Assembly (NCBI GenBank): GCA_023474345.1
Contig: JAMCXS010000024.1
Span: 4,427 to 68,426 of the forward strand
Source: Acidobacteriota bacterium
Lineage (GTDB): Bacteria > Acidobacteriota > Terriglobia > UBA7540
Reading direction: 5' to 3'
DNA: 64,000 nucleotides
Shown: positions 63,163 through 64,000 of the stretch, in pieces
Numbering within the stretch: position 1 is the first letter of the stretch
Layout of the letters: the number at the start of each line of letters is the position of its first letter
The notes under the pieces: model-generated
Database searches by the model: none
What the model was told of the DNA's origin: nothing
Seen by the model: only the letters and a program-made list of their open reading frames with translations
Program-made: the position numbers and the translations under genes

Positions 63163-64000
63163 TTAACAATTGCGGGTATCTTTCTTCGCTGTCTGTCGAT
63201 CAGGCACAGATGCCTTGGATCGCTCATCCGTCCGGCGGCAGAGTTCATCGTTATAGCGATATACTGCTTCAAGCAAAGGCGCCCCGCCGACTTCTTTGGC
63301 CGCATGGATAATAGCACTCATATCCTTGGGCAGGCAGCGGCCTCGATAGCCACGCTCGGCGGTGACGATGGTGTGCGACCGCCCCACGCGCTCGTCGGCC
63401 AGCCAGAGTTCGCGCAACTCATTGTAATCAACCCCAAACCCCTGCGCCAAATCGTAGAACTGGTTCACAAAGGCCACTTTGGTCGCCAGGAAAGCGTTCT
63501 CCATGTATTTGCACAGCTCGGCGGTTTTAACGGTGGTGATCAAGTAGCGGGGCATCGGTCCCAGAAATTGCTGGTAGGCGCGAATCACCAAATCGCAAGC
63601 GGCCCTTTCTCCTCCCACAATAATAAAGCCGTGGTTTTCGATCCCTTTCAGGGGATGCCACAAGGTCTCCCCAACATATTCAGGGCTGAAGCAGATCGTT
63701 TTGCCTGTCCGGGCAGCCAGCCGGTCCACCGTTCCGGGAGGCACCGTGGATTTCAAGCACATCACGGGCGACACCCAGGACACCACCTCTTCAACCGCCG
63801 ATAAGTCACTACTCCCGTCACTGCTCATGGGCGTTGGGACAGCGATAAAAACCAGATCGCACTTTTGAATGGCATCCCGCTGCTTGGCGGTGCTCATGCC
63901 TTTGAGGAATTTGTCATAAATGACCAAATCCGGGTTTCCTGTTTCGTATCGAAAAACTTTCGCCAGGGCCTTCCCGACAACTCCGTAGCCAACAATCCCC
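63163..64000 (-). CDS. short UDP-glucose/GDP-mannose dehydrogenase family protein (N-terminus runs off the right edge)
   Basis: The frame stays open beyond the track ORF start. The reverse complement of 63928-63999 reads ...IVGYGVVGKALAKVFRYETGNPDLV (Rossmann loop). Central-domain motifs are present (TVKTAELCKYMENAFLATKVAFVNQF, catalytic Cys in RGRCLPKD). It appears to lack the usual C-terminal UDP-binding domain. Confidence 0.8.
   Translation of the reverse strand, partial: GIVGYGVVGKALAKVFRYETGNPDLVIYDKFLKGMSTAKQRDAIQKCDLVFIAVPTPMSSDGSSDLSAVEEVVSWVSPVMCLKSTVPPGTVDRLAARTGKTICFSPEYVGETLWHPLKGIENHGFIIVGGERAACDLVIRAYQQFLGPMPRYLITTVKTAELCKYMENAFLATKVAFVNQFYDLAQGFGVDYNELRELWLADERVGRSHTIVTAERGYRGRCLPKDMSAIIHAAKEVGGAPLLEAVYRYNDELCRRTDERSKASVPDRQTAKKDTRNC

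Noticed and set aside
1-64000. Defence system, toxin-antitoxin pair, prophage, integron, intact IS element or CRISPR array
   Set aside because: Reading all ORFs of at least 60 aa gave no nuclease/helicase/methylase/Cas-like, integrase, phage structural or TA-like products. The only regular repeat array is coding (17281-18528). I cannot exclude very small or highly divergent components.

Overview
GC-rich bacterial chromosomal segment. Gene content and intergenic repeat types suggest an Acidobacteriota-like soil bacterium, but this is inference only. I support about 48 protein-coding genes and saw no rRNA, tRNA, CRISPR array, prophage or intact IS element. Most of the window is core metabolism. 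On the plus strand, a LysR regulator precedes lysC-thrC-ppc (5.4-11.9 kb). On the minus strand, a ten-gene same-strand string runs dapE-like, asd, dapB, dapA, dapD, thrB, ilvB, ilvN-like, ilvC, proC (32.3 down to 21.7 kb). Other recognisable genes are a sugar-nucleotide modification trio (DegT aminotransferase, UDP-HexNAc dehydrogenase, FAD oxidoreductase), PolX, a HAMP histidine kinase with an NtrC-type sigma-54 activator, tilS-ftsH, thiE and glpK. Carbohydrate and sugar-acid enzymes are scattered through the window: GH29 fucosidase, GH28, an enolase-superfamily dehydratase with an SDR, a KdaD-like FAH protein and an HpcH aldolase. I did not find a convincing novel multi-gene system such as a defence or toxin module. 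The unexplained structure is mostly non-coding or repeat-based. There are four families of REP/MITE-like palindromic repeats, and one family has the stop codons of three consecutive genes embedded in it. A frameshifted remnant may be a REP-associated tyrosine transposase. A membrane-anchored protein is built from an exact 150-bp tandem array and is preceded by a coupled 50-codon ORF. A sigma-54-like promoter overlaps the annotated start of the kinase gene. There are also several low-GC spacers with small ORFs. All functional calls come from motif recognition by eye, and no database search was possible.
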